Shown: piece by piece, positions 38,569-45,879 of the stretch
Layout of the letters: the number at the start of each line of letters is the position of its first letter
Numbering within the stretch: position 1 is the first letter of the stretch
Source: a virus
Taxonomy: Duplodnaviria; Heunggongvirae; Uroviricota; Caudoviricetes
Strand: one strand, 5' to 3'
DNA length: 45,879 nucleotides
Virus record (IMG/VR): IMGVR_UViG_2541047916_000008
The notes under the pieces: generated by a model
Seen by the model: only the letters and a program-made list of their open reading frames with translations
Told to the model about the DNA's origin: nothing
The model's database searches: none
Program-made: the position numbers and the translations under genes

Positions 38569-39168
38569 ATGCGTAAATTATGTGCTGTTATTCTGTCCGC
38601 AGTAGTCTGGCTGGTTGCCGCTGGTACGCCAGCGAGCGCAGCAGAGCATCAGTCCACACTAAGCGCCGGGTATCTTCAGACCCATACTGATATGCCAGGC
38701 AGCGATGACCTGAAGGGCATTAACGTGAAATACCGTTATGAATTTACGGACACGCTGGGGCTGGTGACGTCATTCAGCTATGCAGGAGACAAGAATCGCC
38801 AGCTTACCCGTTACAGCGATACCCGCAGGCATGAAGATTCCGTTCGTAACCGCTGGTTCAGCGTGATGGCGGGGCCATCTGTACGCGTGAATGAATGGTT
38901 CAGTGCTTATGCGATGGCAGGTGTGGCTTACAGCCGTGTTTCGACGTTCTCCGGGGATTATCTCCGCGTAACTGACAACAAGGGGAAAACGCACGATGTG
39001 CTGACCGGAAGTGATGACGATCGCCACAGCAACACGTCTCTGGCGTGGGGAGCTGGCGTGCAGTTTAACCCGACCGAATCCGTGGCCATTGATATTGCTT
39101 ATGAAGGTTCCGGCAGTGGCGACTGGCGTACTGACGGTTTCATCGTGGGTGTCGGTTATAAATTCTGA
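38569..39168 (+). CDS. lom: Lom-like outer membrane protein (Ail/Lom/OmpX family)
   Basis: Track ORF; signal peptide; close to lambda Lom across the length. Confidence 0.8.
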   Translation: MRKLCAVILSAVVWLVAAGTPASAAEHQSTLSAGYLQTHTDMPGSDDLKGINVKYRYEFTDTLGLVTSFSYAGDKNRQLTRYSDTRRHEDSVRNRWFSVMAGPSVRVNEWFSAYAMAGVAYSRVSTFSGDYLRVTDNKGKTHDVLTGSDDDRHSNTSLAWGAGVQFNPTESVAIDIAYEGSGSGDWRTDGFIVGVGYKF

Positions 39169-39194
39169 TTAGCCAGGTAACACAGTGTTATTAC

Positions 39195-39222
39195 AGCCCG
39201 CCGGTTCAGGCGGGCTTTTTTG
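39195..39222 (+). terminator. Terminator after lom
   Basis: agcccgcc-ggttcagg-cgggct hairpin followed by T6. Confidence 0.55.
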
Positions 39223-39232
39223 TGGAGTGGAT

Positions 39233-41590
39233 ATGGCAGCAGTAAAAATCTCAGGTGTGCTGAAAGATGGTGCGGGAAAACCAATACAGAACTGCACTAT
39301 TCAACTGAAGGCAAAGCGTAACAGCACCACGGTACTGGTGAACACGGTGGCCTCTGAAAATCCGGATGAAGCCGGGCGTTACAGCATGGATGTTGAGTAT
39401 GGCCAGTACAGCGTCACCCTGCTGGTTGAAGGTTTTCCGCCTTCACATGCCGGGACCATTACCGTCTATGAAGGCTCCAGACCCGGTACGCTGAATGATT
39501 TTCTCGGTGCCATGACGGAAGATGACGTCATGCCGGAGGCATTGCGTCGTTTTGAGGCAATGGTGGAAGAAGCGGCACGCAACGCCGAAGCCGCCTCTCA
39601 GAGCGCAGCGGCGGCAAAGAAATCCGAAACGGCTGCGGCATCATCGAAGAACGCGGCGAAAACCTCAGAAACGAATGCAGCTAACAGCGCACAGGCGGCA
39701 GCGGCCTCGCAGACTGCATCGGCAAACTCCGCGACAGCAGCCAAAAAATCAGAAACCAACGCGAAAAATAGCGAGACAGCCGCAAAGACGAGCGAAACCA
39801 ACGCAAAGTCCAGCCAGACGGCAGCGAAAACCAGCGAAACGAATGCCAAAGCCAGTGAAACTGCGGCGAAAAATAGCCAGAATGCAGCAGCCGAAAGCGA
39901 GAGTGCGGCAGCTGGTTCTGCGACTTCAGCAGCTGGATCAGCAACTGCTGCGGCTAACAGCCAGAAAGCAGCGAAGACGAGCGAAACTAACGCAAAGTCC
40001 AGCCAGACGGCAGCGAAGACCAGCGAAACGAATGCCAAAGCCAGCGAAACTGCGGCGAAAAACAGTCAGGATGCAGCAGCCCAAAGCGAGAGTGCTGCAG
40101 CTGGTTCTGCAACAGCTGCAGCTAATAGCCAAAAAGCTGCAAAAACCAGTGAAACTAACGCAAAGACGAGTGAAACAAAAGCAGCAGCCAGCGAGACAGA
40201 AGCAACGTCAGCCGCAACAAGAGCAGAGAATGCAGCCCGGATTGCAGAAGATGCCGCTGATCCTGCTTCTGTCCCTCCGCTTCCTGATATCTGGCTACCC
40301 TTGAATGATTCTCTGGAAGCGATAACAGGGTATGCCCCGGGCTATAAAACAATAACCATCGGCAGTGATGAAATAACAATGCCTGTTAATGGCATATGCC
40401 AATTTAGCCGGGCTTCATCTGCAACGTATATTGATAAGTCCGGGCATATTACCGTGGCAGGGAATAACGTTCCTCGTTTTGAAAAATATGGTTTGCTGAT
40501 AGAGAATCAGCGAACAAACATGTTCGTAAATAGTTTTAATCCTGATGCCTGGAATAAAAGCGGTGGTATATCTGTAACATCATCAACAGATGAATTTGAG
40601 TTTAAATATGGACGTTTCACGGTAGGAAGCGATATAGCAGGAACGACAACAGGGAGAAATATATGCACAGTTGCTGGTAACAAAGGCATAGATGTGACTG
40701 GCGATGATCAGTACAGTAAAGGTCCGTATGTTACCGCGTCATTCAGGGTAAGAAGTGATCTCAATGTTCGCGCACGTATCCGTTTTGAACGGTATAACTC
40801 GGAAGGATACACCTTCCTTTGCGACGCCTATTTGTCATTACAGACCCATGAACTACAAATTACTGGTGGCAATGCCCAGCTATTAACAGCAAACTTTGAA
40901 ATCGATCCTGGTAGTGGATGGATATACTTTCAGGCAACACTGAAATGTCTGCCAGAATGGGGAATGGTTGGTACGCAGCTGCAAATTGCAGCCGACAGAG
41001 CTGTGGGGTCTTTTGCAACAGGTGACTGGATAGAAGTAACCACCCCGCAATTCGAGTATGGTGCTTGTGCAACTTCCTTCATCATAACGACAACAGAGCC
41101 AGCGACTCGTGCATCAGATTTATGTAAATTTCCGCTGATGAAAAATATGTATACCATGCCTTTTACGTTCATGGTGGAAGTCCATAAAAACTGGTTTATT
41201 TCTCATAATGCTGCACCGCGTGTCATTGATTCAGAAAATCACCAGTCCGGAGGCCCATTTATTATGGGGTTTGGTTCTTCTGGAACTATTAGTCAGGACG
41301 GTTATTCGTATTGCGATATAGGCGGGGCTAACCGACGTGTATATGAATCATGCGGAGTAAGGGATCTCGTTATGGGATTCAGGGTTAAGGCTGACGGCAT
41401 GACATGCTCATTTGCAAATAAGCATATAAGCACTGAAACAAAAACAGTATGGAAATATATTCGTGAAGCAGCCGTGATTCGTATCGGGGGGCAAACGACG
41501 ACAGGATTACGACACCTTAATGGTCATATAAAAAACCTCCGTTTCTGGAACAGAGCATTGTCAGATACGCAGCTTAAGGAATACGTATAA
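39233..41590 (+). CDS. stf: Side tail fibre protein (Stf-like N-terminus, Ala/Ser/Thr-rich repeat region, C-terminal lectin-like domain)
   Basis: Track ORF 39185..41590 trimmed to MAAVKISGVLKDGAGKP (matches lambda Stf N-terminus); C-terminus ends with NLRFWNRALSDTQL, a LamG/ConA-like signature from memory. Confidence 0.75.
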   Translation: MAAVKISGVLKDGAGKPIQNCTIQLKAKRNSTTVLVNTVASENPDEAGRYSMDVEYGQYSVTLLVEGFPPSHAGTITVYEGSRPGTLNDFLGAMTEDDVMPEALRRFEAMVEEAARNAEAASQSAAAAKKSETAAASSKNAAKTSETNAANSAQAAAASQTASANSATAAKKSETNAKNSETAAKTSETNAKSSQTAAKTSETNAKASETAAKNSQNAAAESESAAAGSATSAAGSATAAANSQKAAKTSETNAKSSQTAAKTSETNAKASETAAKNSQDAAAQSESAAAGSATAAANSQKAAKTSETNAKTSETKAAASETEATSAATRAENAARIAEDAADPASVPPLPDIWLPLNDSLEAITGYAPGYKTITIGSDEITMPVNGICQFSRASSATYIDKSGHITVAGNNVPRFEKYGLLIENQRTNMFVNSFNPDAWNKSGGISVTSSTDEFEFKYGRFTVGSDIAGTTTGRNICTVAGNKGIDVTGDDQYSKGPYVTASFRVRSDLNVRARIRFERYNSEGYTFLCDAYLSLQTHELQITGGNAQLLTANFEIDPGSGWIYFQATLKCLPEWGMVGTQLQIAADRAVGSFATGDWIEVTTPQFEYGACATSFIITTTEPATRASDLCKFPLMKNMYTMPFTFMVEVHKNWFISHNAAPRVIDSENHQSGGPFIMGFGSSGTISQDGYSYCDIGGANRRVYESCGVRDLVMGFRVKADGMTCSFANKHISTETKTVWKYIREAAVIRIGGQTTTGLRHLNGHIKNLRFWNRALSDTQLKEYV
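39785..40145. repeat. Tandem duplication (about 170-190 bp units, roughly 90 percent identical) inside stf
   Basis: aagacgagcgaaac(c/t)aacgcaaagtccagccagacggcagcgaa(a/g)accagcgaaacgaatgccaaagccag... occurs twice in tandem (starts about 39785 and 39974); wider low-complexity zone 39590-40230. Confidence 0.7.
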
Positions 41591-41859
41591 TGCGGGATAT
41601 AACATTACGATTCGATAACAGAGAACAGTTTAACGCAATTGTATATGACAGTGGCCTGTTCAGTCTTGAAGAAGAAAACGGGGTTCTTGTTGATGTTATT
41701 GGCTGCATTATCGATTACGAGGAGCCAGAAAACGAAAGATGTACAGGCATTGATCGCGGTGGTTTTTTCGTAAACATGAGGATTGTTGATAGCAGTAAAA
41801 ACATATCTTCTTTAATGCCTTTCATTACGACAGATCAGCATGTAAGGACATGGGCTTAA
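41590..41859 (+). CDS. Small hypothetical protein (89 aa), AT-rich
   Basis: Track ORF immediately after stf stop. Confidence 0.35.
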   Translation: MRDITLRFDNREQFNAIVYDSGLFSLEEENGVLVDVIGCIIDYEEPENERCTGIDRGGFFVNMRIVDSSKNISSLMPFITTDQHVRTWA

Positions 41860-41871
41860 TGGAGTAAGACA

Positions 41872-42555
41872 ATGGTTACAAAAACAGTAATTCCGGGAGA
41901 CATCACCACGCTAAAGGGAGATATTTCCTCAATTAACGGAAAAGTATCAACGCTTCAGACTGAGATGACCAGTGCAAAGCAGGATATCAGCTCCAGATAC
42001 ACAAAAACTGAAGTTGATAATAAGCTGAAAAACAAACTGGAAGTGAATGCTCTCGAAAGCGGTAATTATGGTGGAGATTTTTACCCGCTGACTGGCCGCG
42101 AAGCGTTTTATTTATGGGGGTTGGGCACGACTACTGCGGCGGCAAACCTTTATCTTAATCCTGACCCTGCAATTTCGTCTGTACTGCGGTCAACATCGTC
42201 TATCCGCTATAAACATTCAGTAGAGACGATAGATTCAGAGCACGCCGATGTCATTTTCAGGATGCGCCCTGTGTGGTACAGGTCGCAATGCGAAAATGAC
42301 AGGCGTGACTGGGGGTTCTACGGATTGATTGCCGAGGAAGTAGGAGAAATTGCCCCTCAGTTTGTACACTGGCGACCAGCTAACGAAGATGATGCTCCTG
42401 AAGCTATTTCCAGCAATGGCCTTGTTGCCGAAGGTGTAATGTACGAACGTCTGGTTGTTCCACTGATTCACCATATCCAGAAGCTGACAGAAAGAGTTGA
42501 TGAACTTGAGTCAGAATTAAAGTTGTTATTAACTTCCCGAAGCGATATCGGATAA
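41872..42555 (+). CDS. Tail-fibre-associated protein with C-terminal peptidase-S74-like intramolecular chaperone domain
   Basis: Track ORF; C-terminal pattern SSIRYKHSV...PVWY...GLIAEEV...Y..L.VPLIHHIQKL..R..ELE fits the S74 chaperone consensus as I recall it; N-terminal coiled-coil-like 90 aa. Confidence 0.45.
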   Translation: MVTKTVIPGDITTLKGDISSINGKVSTLQTEMTSAKQDISSRYTKTEVDNKLKNKLEVNALESGNYGGDFYPLTGREAFYLWGLGTTTAAANLYLNPDPAISSVLRSTSSIRYKHSVETIDSEHADVIFRMRPVWYRSQCENDRRDWGFYGLIAEEVGEIAPQFVHWRPANEDDAPEAISSNGLVAEGVMYERLVVPLIHHIQKLTERVDELESELKLLLTSRSDIG

Positions 42556-42558
42556 AGG

Positions 42559-42852
42559 ATGAAAATGGATATAACACCTTTCCTTCATGCACTTTGTGCT
42601 GTGGCTGCGCAGGTACTGGTTGGTCTTTTTACCGGAAACTGGGCTTACGGGGCGATAGCCGGTTGTACATTCTTCATTGCGCGGGAACACACCCAGGCAG
42701 AATATCGCTGGATTGAAATGTTCGGGCATGGCAAGCGTATGAATATGCCGTGGTGGGGCGGTTTTGATCCACGTGCATGGGATGTGGCAAGCCTGATGGA
42801 TTTTGCTGTGCCGGTGGTGGCGTGTCTGCTGATCTGGATGTTGATCCGTTAA
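42559..42852 (+). CDS. Small membrane protein (two predicted TM helices), unknown function
   Basis: Track ORF; hydrophobic segments at both ends. Confidence 0.4.
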   Translation: MKMDITPFLHALCAVAAQVLVGLFTGNWAYGAIAGCTFFIAREHTQAEYRWIEMFGHGKRMNMPWWGGFDPRAWDVASLMDFAVPVVACLLIWMLIR

Positions 42853-42867
42853 ATATAAAAAGTAAAA

Positions 42868-42902
42868 AGCCGCAGTAACTTGTCATGATAGGATACTGCG
42901 GC
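42868..42902 (-). terminator. Terminator of dinI-like gene (may act bidirectionally)
   Basis: agccgcagta ... tactgcggct stem; A-rich tract on plus strand gives a U-run after the hairpin on the minus transcript. Confidence 0.45.
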
Positions 42903-42969
42903 TGGCTGGTTAACTTTCGATAGTGCGAGTATTGAATGATTTCCAGCCGTTACCGATTTTACGTGTTAA

Positions 42970-43218
42970 TTAGTGAACAAACCACTCGTCAGCAGACTCC
43001 CAGGTATCTTTCAGAGTTTCCTGAACAAAAGTTTTAGCTGAATCTTTATCGGCGGTGCGCGTAACAGAAAGGCCATCGTTGCTGGTGGCTTTTACGATCA
43101 CCTCTACATCGTCATAACGTTTACTGATGCGTCGGGTTAATTCTTCCTTTAACGCATCCACAGCACCGGTTGGCATTTTAGTCATTTTTTCTTTGGCTAT
43201 GCAGATTTCAATACGCAT
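42970..43218 (-). CDS. DinI-family DNA-damage-inducible protein
   Basis: Track ORF, 82 aa; MRIEI.IAK...P.GA.DAL..EL..RI......E.........LSV......D......[12 protein letters not shown] matches DinI. Confidence 0.7.
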   Translation of the reverse strand: MRIEICIAKEKMTKMPTGAVDALKEELTRRISKRYDDVEVIVKATSNDGLSVTRTADKDSAKTFVQETLKDTWESADEWFVH

Positions 43219-43231
43219 AAAAGTCCCTCTA

Positions 43232-43279
43232 TACTGTGTTTGTATACAGTGTTATTTTTGACTGTATGGATAAACAGTG
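43232..43279. promoter_or_regulatory. Two tandem LexA (SOS) boxes upstream of dinI-like gene
   Basis: tACTGTgtttgtatACAGtg (43232-43251) and gACTGTatggataaACAGtg (43260-43279); both CTGT-N8-ACAG. Confidence 0.65.
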
Positions 43280-44377
43280 TCAAGAGGTCTTATTTCTGCT
43301 CTTTTGGAGCTCTTCAAAACGATTATGTAAAGATTTCGGATACAGTTCGGTATATACCTGCCATAGCACGTTTAATGAACGATGCCCTGTAACTTGGGCG
43401 ACTTCCTCAATACTAAAACCAGCCTCAAATAAGCGACTTGCCCCTTCTCTACGCAAATCATGGTATCGCAGATCTTTAATACCTAATTTGCTTCTTACCC
43501 TCTGAAATCCCGCAGTAACAGAAGTGCTGTTATATGGAAAAATGAATTCCGATTTTTGGGGCTGTCGTTGGACGATATCCCAGGCTTCCCCAAGCAAGGC
43601 TACTTTCATGTGGTTGCCTTCCTTTTTGCGTGGATCTTTCCTGTCTCTTACGAGTATAGATTTTTGTTCCTGGTCGAGATCTTCCCATCGTAACCGGCAT
43701 ACTTCTCCGATTCGCATACAGGACCACACAGAAAATTTGAGGATATCAACGAACGGAATTTTTGAGCATTTATGTGTAGATCGTTGTTGAAGACCTTCAA
43801 TGAGCATGTCCAGTTCATCAGATGCCGGTCTACGATTACGACGGTTTGATTTACCAATCAAACCAAGTTTAAGTAGATATGGACGAGCACTTTTCGCCGG
43901 GTTTGATGTGTAATTAATTCCGTATACAGGTTTGGCCGCATCCAGAACACTGCCAAGATAACTAACATCGTGGCTGACTGTTGCTGGACCTGCACCAGCG
44001 TTGTTTCTTAGCCTACAATGTTCAATTACGTCATTTTCTGTCAGTTCGGATAGTTTGATCGCGGAGATGTCACTATCCATAAGCAGTTCCAGCACATATC
44101 TTTTAGTACGACCTGCTTTACCTCCGGCATTTGGGTCATTTAAATATTTGTGTAGTAAGTCACGGACTGTAAGTCCGTCAACTGCATTTGATGATGGAAT
44201 GCCATATAGATCTAATTCCATCACTTTCTGTGTACCCCATGTTTTGGCATGGGCATGTTTAGGGAATGTTTTGCTTTCCCTGTAAGTGATAACACCTTTT
44301 TCTTTGATAATCACATTACAGCGATAGCGTGGTGTGCCATCGGATTTTAGTCGTTTCTCTATGTTATAGTACGCCAT
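43280..44377 (-). CDS. Tyrosine recombinase (phage integrase), divergent from dusA
   Basis: Track ORF, 365 aa; C-terminal R...HDLR...Y catalytic pattern (RYHDLRREGASR ... LWQVYTELY); AT-rich. Confidence 0.8.
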   Translation of the reverse strand: MAYYNIEKRLKSDGTPRYRCNVIIKEKGVITYRESKTFPKHAHAKTWGTQKVMELDLYGIPSSNAVDGLTVRDLLHKYLNDPNAGGKAGRTKRYVLELLMDSDISAIKLSELTENDVIEHCRLRNNAGAGPATVSHDVSYLGSVLDAAKPVYGINYTSNPAKSARPYLLKLGLIGKSNRRNRRPASDELDMLIEGLQQRSTHKCSKIPFVDILKFSVWSCMRIGEVCRLRWEDLDQEQKSILVRDRKDPRKKEGNHMKVALLGEAWDIVQRQPQKSEFIFPYNSTSVTAGFQRVRSKLGIKDLRYHDLRREGASRLFEAGFSIEEVAQVTGHRSLNVLWQVYTELYPKSLHNRFEELQKSRNKTS

Positions 44378-44395
44378 TACACGACCTCGTTATTT

Positions 44396-44432
44396 CGGGT
44401 TCCCATAAATCGTGGGAACCTGTGCGGGAACC
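44396..44432. promoter_or_regulatory. GGGAACC repeat cluster (one inverted pair plus one direct copy) between integrase and dusA; candidate integrase/att-associated or promoter element
   Basis: ggttccca-taaatcg-tgggaacc palindrome (44398-44420) then cgggaacc (44425-44432). Confidence 0.35.
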
Positions 44433-44465
44433 TAACGCGAGAAAAATAGCCTGAAATGTTCAAAA

Positions 44466-45503
44466 ATGCACGATAATCCTGAAACACAGAAAACTAATCA
44501 AACCAGCGCGATGCCTGAGAAAACTGGCGCTTACGGGAGTTCTCGGTTTAGCATTGCTCCTATGCTTGACTGGACGGACAGACATTGCCGTTATTTCCTG
44601 CGTCTGCTTTCCCGCAATACGTTGCTGTATACCGAAATGGTGACCACAGGGGCGATTATTCACGGTAAAGGTGATTACCTGGCGTACAGTGAAGAAGAAC
44701 ATCCGGTAGCGTTGCAACTCGGGGGTAGCGATCCGGCGGCGCTGGCACAGTGTGCGAAGCTGGCAGAAGCGCGCGGATATGATGAGATCAACCTGAATGT
44801 CGGCTGCCCGTCTGACCGGGTGCAGAACGGCATGTTTGGTGCGTGTCTGATGGGTAATGCGCAGCTGGTTGCCGACTGCGTGAAAGCGATGCGCGATGTG
44901 GTGTCGATTCCGGTGACGGTGAAAACGCGTATTGGCATCGATGATCAGGACAGCTATGAATTTCTCTGCGATTTCATCAACACCGTTTCCGGCAAAGGTG
45001 AGTGTGAGATGTTCATCATCCACGCACGTAAAGCCTGGCTTTCTGGGTTAAGTCCGAAAGAAAACCGTGAGATCCCGCCGCTCGATTATCCGCGTGTGTA
45101 TCAACTGAAGCGTGACTTTCCGCATCTGACGATGTCGATTAACGGTGGTATCAAGTCGCTGGAAGAAGCTAAAGCGCATTTGCAACATATGGATGGCGTG
45201 ATGGTCGGGCGCGAGGCGTATCAGAATCCGGGGATTCTGGCGGCGGTAGACCGAGAGATTTTTGGTTCCTCGGATACCGATGCCGATCCGGTGGCGGTAG
45301 TGCGCGCCATGTATCCGTACATTGAGCGTGAACTCAGCCAGGGTACGTATCTCGGCCATATTACCCGGCATATGCTGGGCTTGTTCCAGGGTATTCCTGG
45401 CGCGCGGCAGTGGCGGCGTTATTTAAGTGAAAATGCCCATAAAGCGGGTGCAGACATTAATGTGCTGGAACACGCGCTCAAACTGGTGGCGGATAAGCGT
45501 TAA
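44466..45503 (+). CDS. dusA: tRNA-dihydrouridine synthase A
   Basis: Track ORF, 345 aa; DusA-type TIM-barrel flavoenzyme sequence (NLNVGCPS, catalytic Cys, FMN-binding motifs); followed by pspG as in E. coli. Confidence 0.9.
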   Translation: MHDNPETQKTNQTSAMPEKTGAYGSSRFSIAPMLDWTDRHCRYFLRLLSRNTLLYTEMVTTGAIIHGKGDYLAYSEEEHPVALQLGGSDPAALAQCAKLAEARGYDEINLNVGCPSDRVQNGMFGACLMGNAQLVADCVKAMRDVVSIPVTVKTRIGIDDQDSYEFLCDFINTVSGKGECEMFIIHARKAWLSGLSPKENREIPPLDYPRVYQLKRDFPHLTMSINGGIKSLEEAKAHLQHMDGVMVGREAYQNPGILAAVDREIFGSSDTDADPVAVVRAMYPYIERELSQGTYLGHITRHMLGLFQGIPGARQWRRYLSENAHKAGADINVLEHALKLVADKR

Positions 45504-45636
45504 CTTTTCACCAAAAAGTAGTCAAATTCACCACGCCCTGCGCACCGTCGCGGGGTGTTTTGCTGTTAAATCAACAGATTATTTTTGGCATGATTCTTGT
45601 AATGCCAGCAAGAGATTTCATATTTGGGAGAGCATC

Positions 45637-45879
45637 ATGCTGGAACTACTTTTTGTAATTGGCTTTTTTGTCATGCTGATGGTCACCGGTGTTTCGTTGC
45701 TGGGTATTATCGCCGCGCTGATTGTGGCGACGGCCTTTATGTTCCTCGGCGGTATGCTGGCATTGATGATTAAGTTGCTGCCGTGGCTGCTGTTGGCGGT
45801 TGCGGTGGTGTGGGTGATCAGGGCAATTAAAGCACCAAAAGTGCCGAAATATCAGCGTTATGACCGCTGGCGTTACTAA
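45637..45879 (+). CDS. pspG: Phage shock protein G
   Basis: Track ORF 45427..45879 trimmed to Met at 45637 (MLELLFVIGFFVMLMVTGVSLLG...); small two-TM membrane protein. Confidence 0.75.
   Translation: MLELLFVIGFFVMLMVTGVSLLGIIAALIVATAFMFLGGMLALMIKLLPWLLLAVAVVWVIRAIKAPKVPKYQRYDRWRY

Larger units (their letters stand above)
1..44465. mobile_element. Lambdoid prophage, partial: left end beyond window, right end between integrase and dusA or within the dusA 5' region
   Basis: Contiguous phage modules (immunity, replication, nin/Q, lysis, terminase, head, tail, tail fibre, integrase); host genes dusA/pspG begin at 44466. Exact att boundaries not determinable from one end. Confidence 0.85.

Noticed and set aside
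39522-40304. 260-aa Arg/Gln/Lys-rich plus-strand ORF and several minus-strand ORFs (39598..40038, 39681..39944, 39938..40132) in the tail fibre region
   Set aside because: All lie inside the stf Ala/Ser/Thr-rich tandem repeat zone and are alternative-frame artefacts of low-complexity repetitive DNA.
1-45879. CRISPR arrays, tRNA or rRNA genes
   Set aside because: No regularly spaced short direct repeats and no tRNA-like T-arm (GGTTCGAATCC-type) signatures seen by eye; a dedicated scan (tRNAscan-SE or a CRISPR finder) was not possible and could revise this.

Overview
The window is almost entirely a lambdoid (lambda/phage-21/HK97-mosaic) prophage whose right end abuts the host genes dusA and pspG (44466-45879); its left end lies beyond position 1. 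All calls come from reading the six-frame track and the DNA by eye; no searches were run. Left to right: a YafO-family toxin gene; a leftward early operon (YfdP/YfdQ/HD-hydrolase/DUF551-like genes, a Cys-rich protein, a 3'-5' exonuclease, a PrtN-like regulator); a CI-like repressor and Cro-like gene flanked by TTGCG-N6-GCAA operators; a CII-like gene, Rha, an iteron-containing replication initiator, a Dam-like methyltransferase, a LexA-DNA-binding-domain-only protein, RusA, KilA-N and DUF968 proteins and antiterminator Q; then a lipoprotein moron, a second DNA methyltransferase and a phage-21-type lysis cassette (pinholin, SAR endolysin, Rz/Rz1) interrupted by an unknown 116-aa gene. The late region is lambda-like (Nu1/A terminase, W, portal, a ClpP-like protease fused to an HK97-fold capsid protein, FII/Z/U/V/G-T/H/M/L/K/I). 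Tail-tip gene J is split by an IS21-family element (istA/istB), so the prophage is probably tail-defective. It ends with lom, a repeat-rich side tail fibre, three small accessory genes, a dinI-like gene with two LexA boxes, and a tyrosine integrase divergent from dusA. No CRISPR array, rRNA or tRNA was seen. The features worth follow-up are the unexplained gene inside the lysis cassette, the LexA-DBD/dinI SOS module, the two orphan methyltransferases, the N-less structured early leader, and the accessory genes beside the tail fibre; none can be confirmed as a new system from sequence alone.
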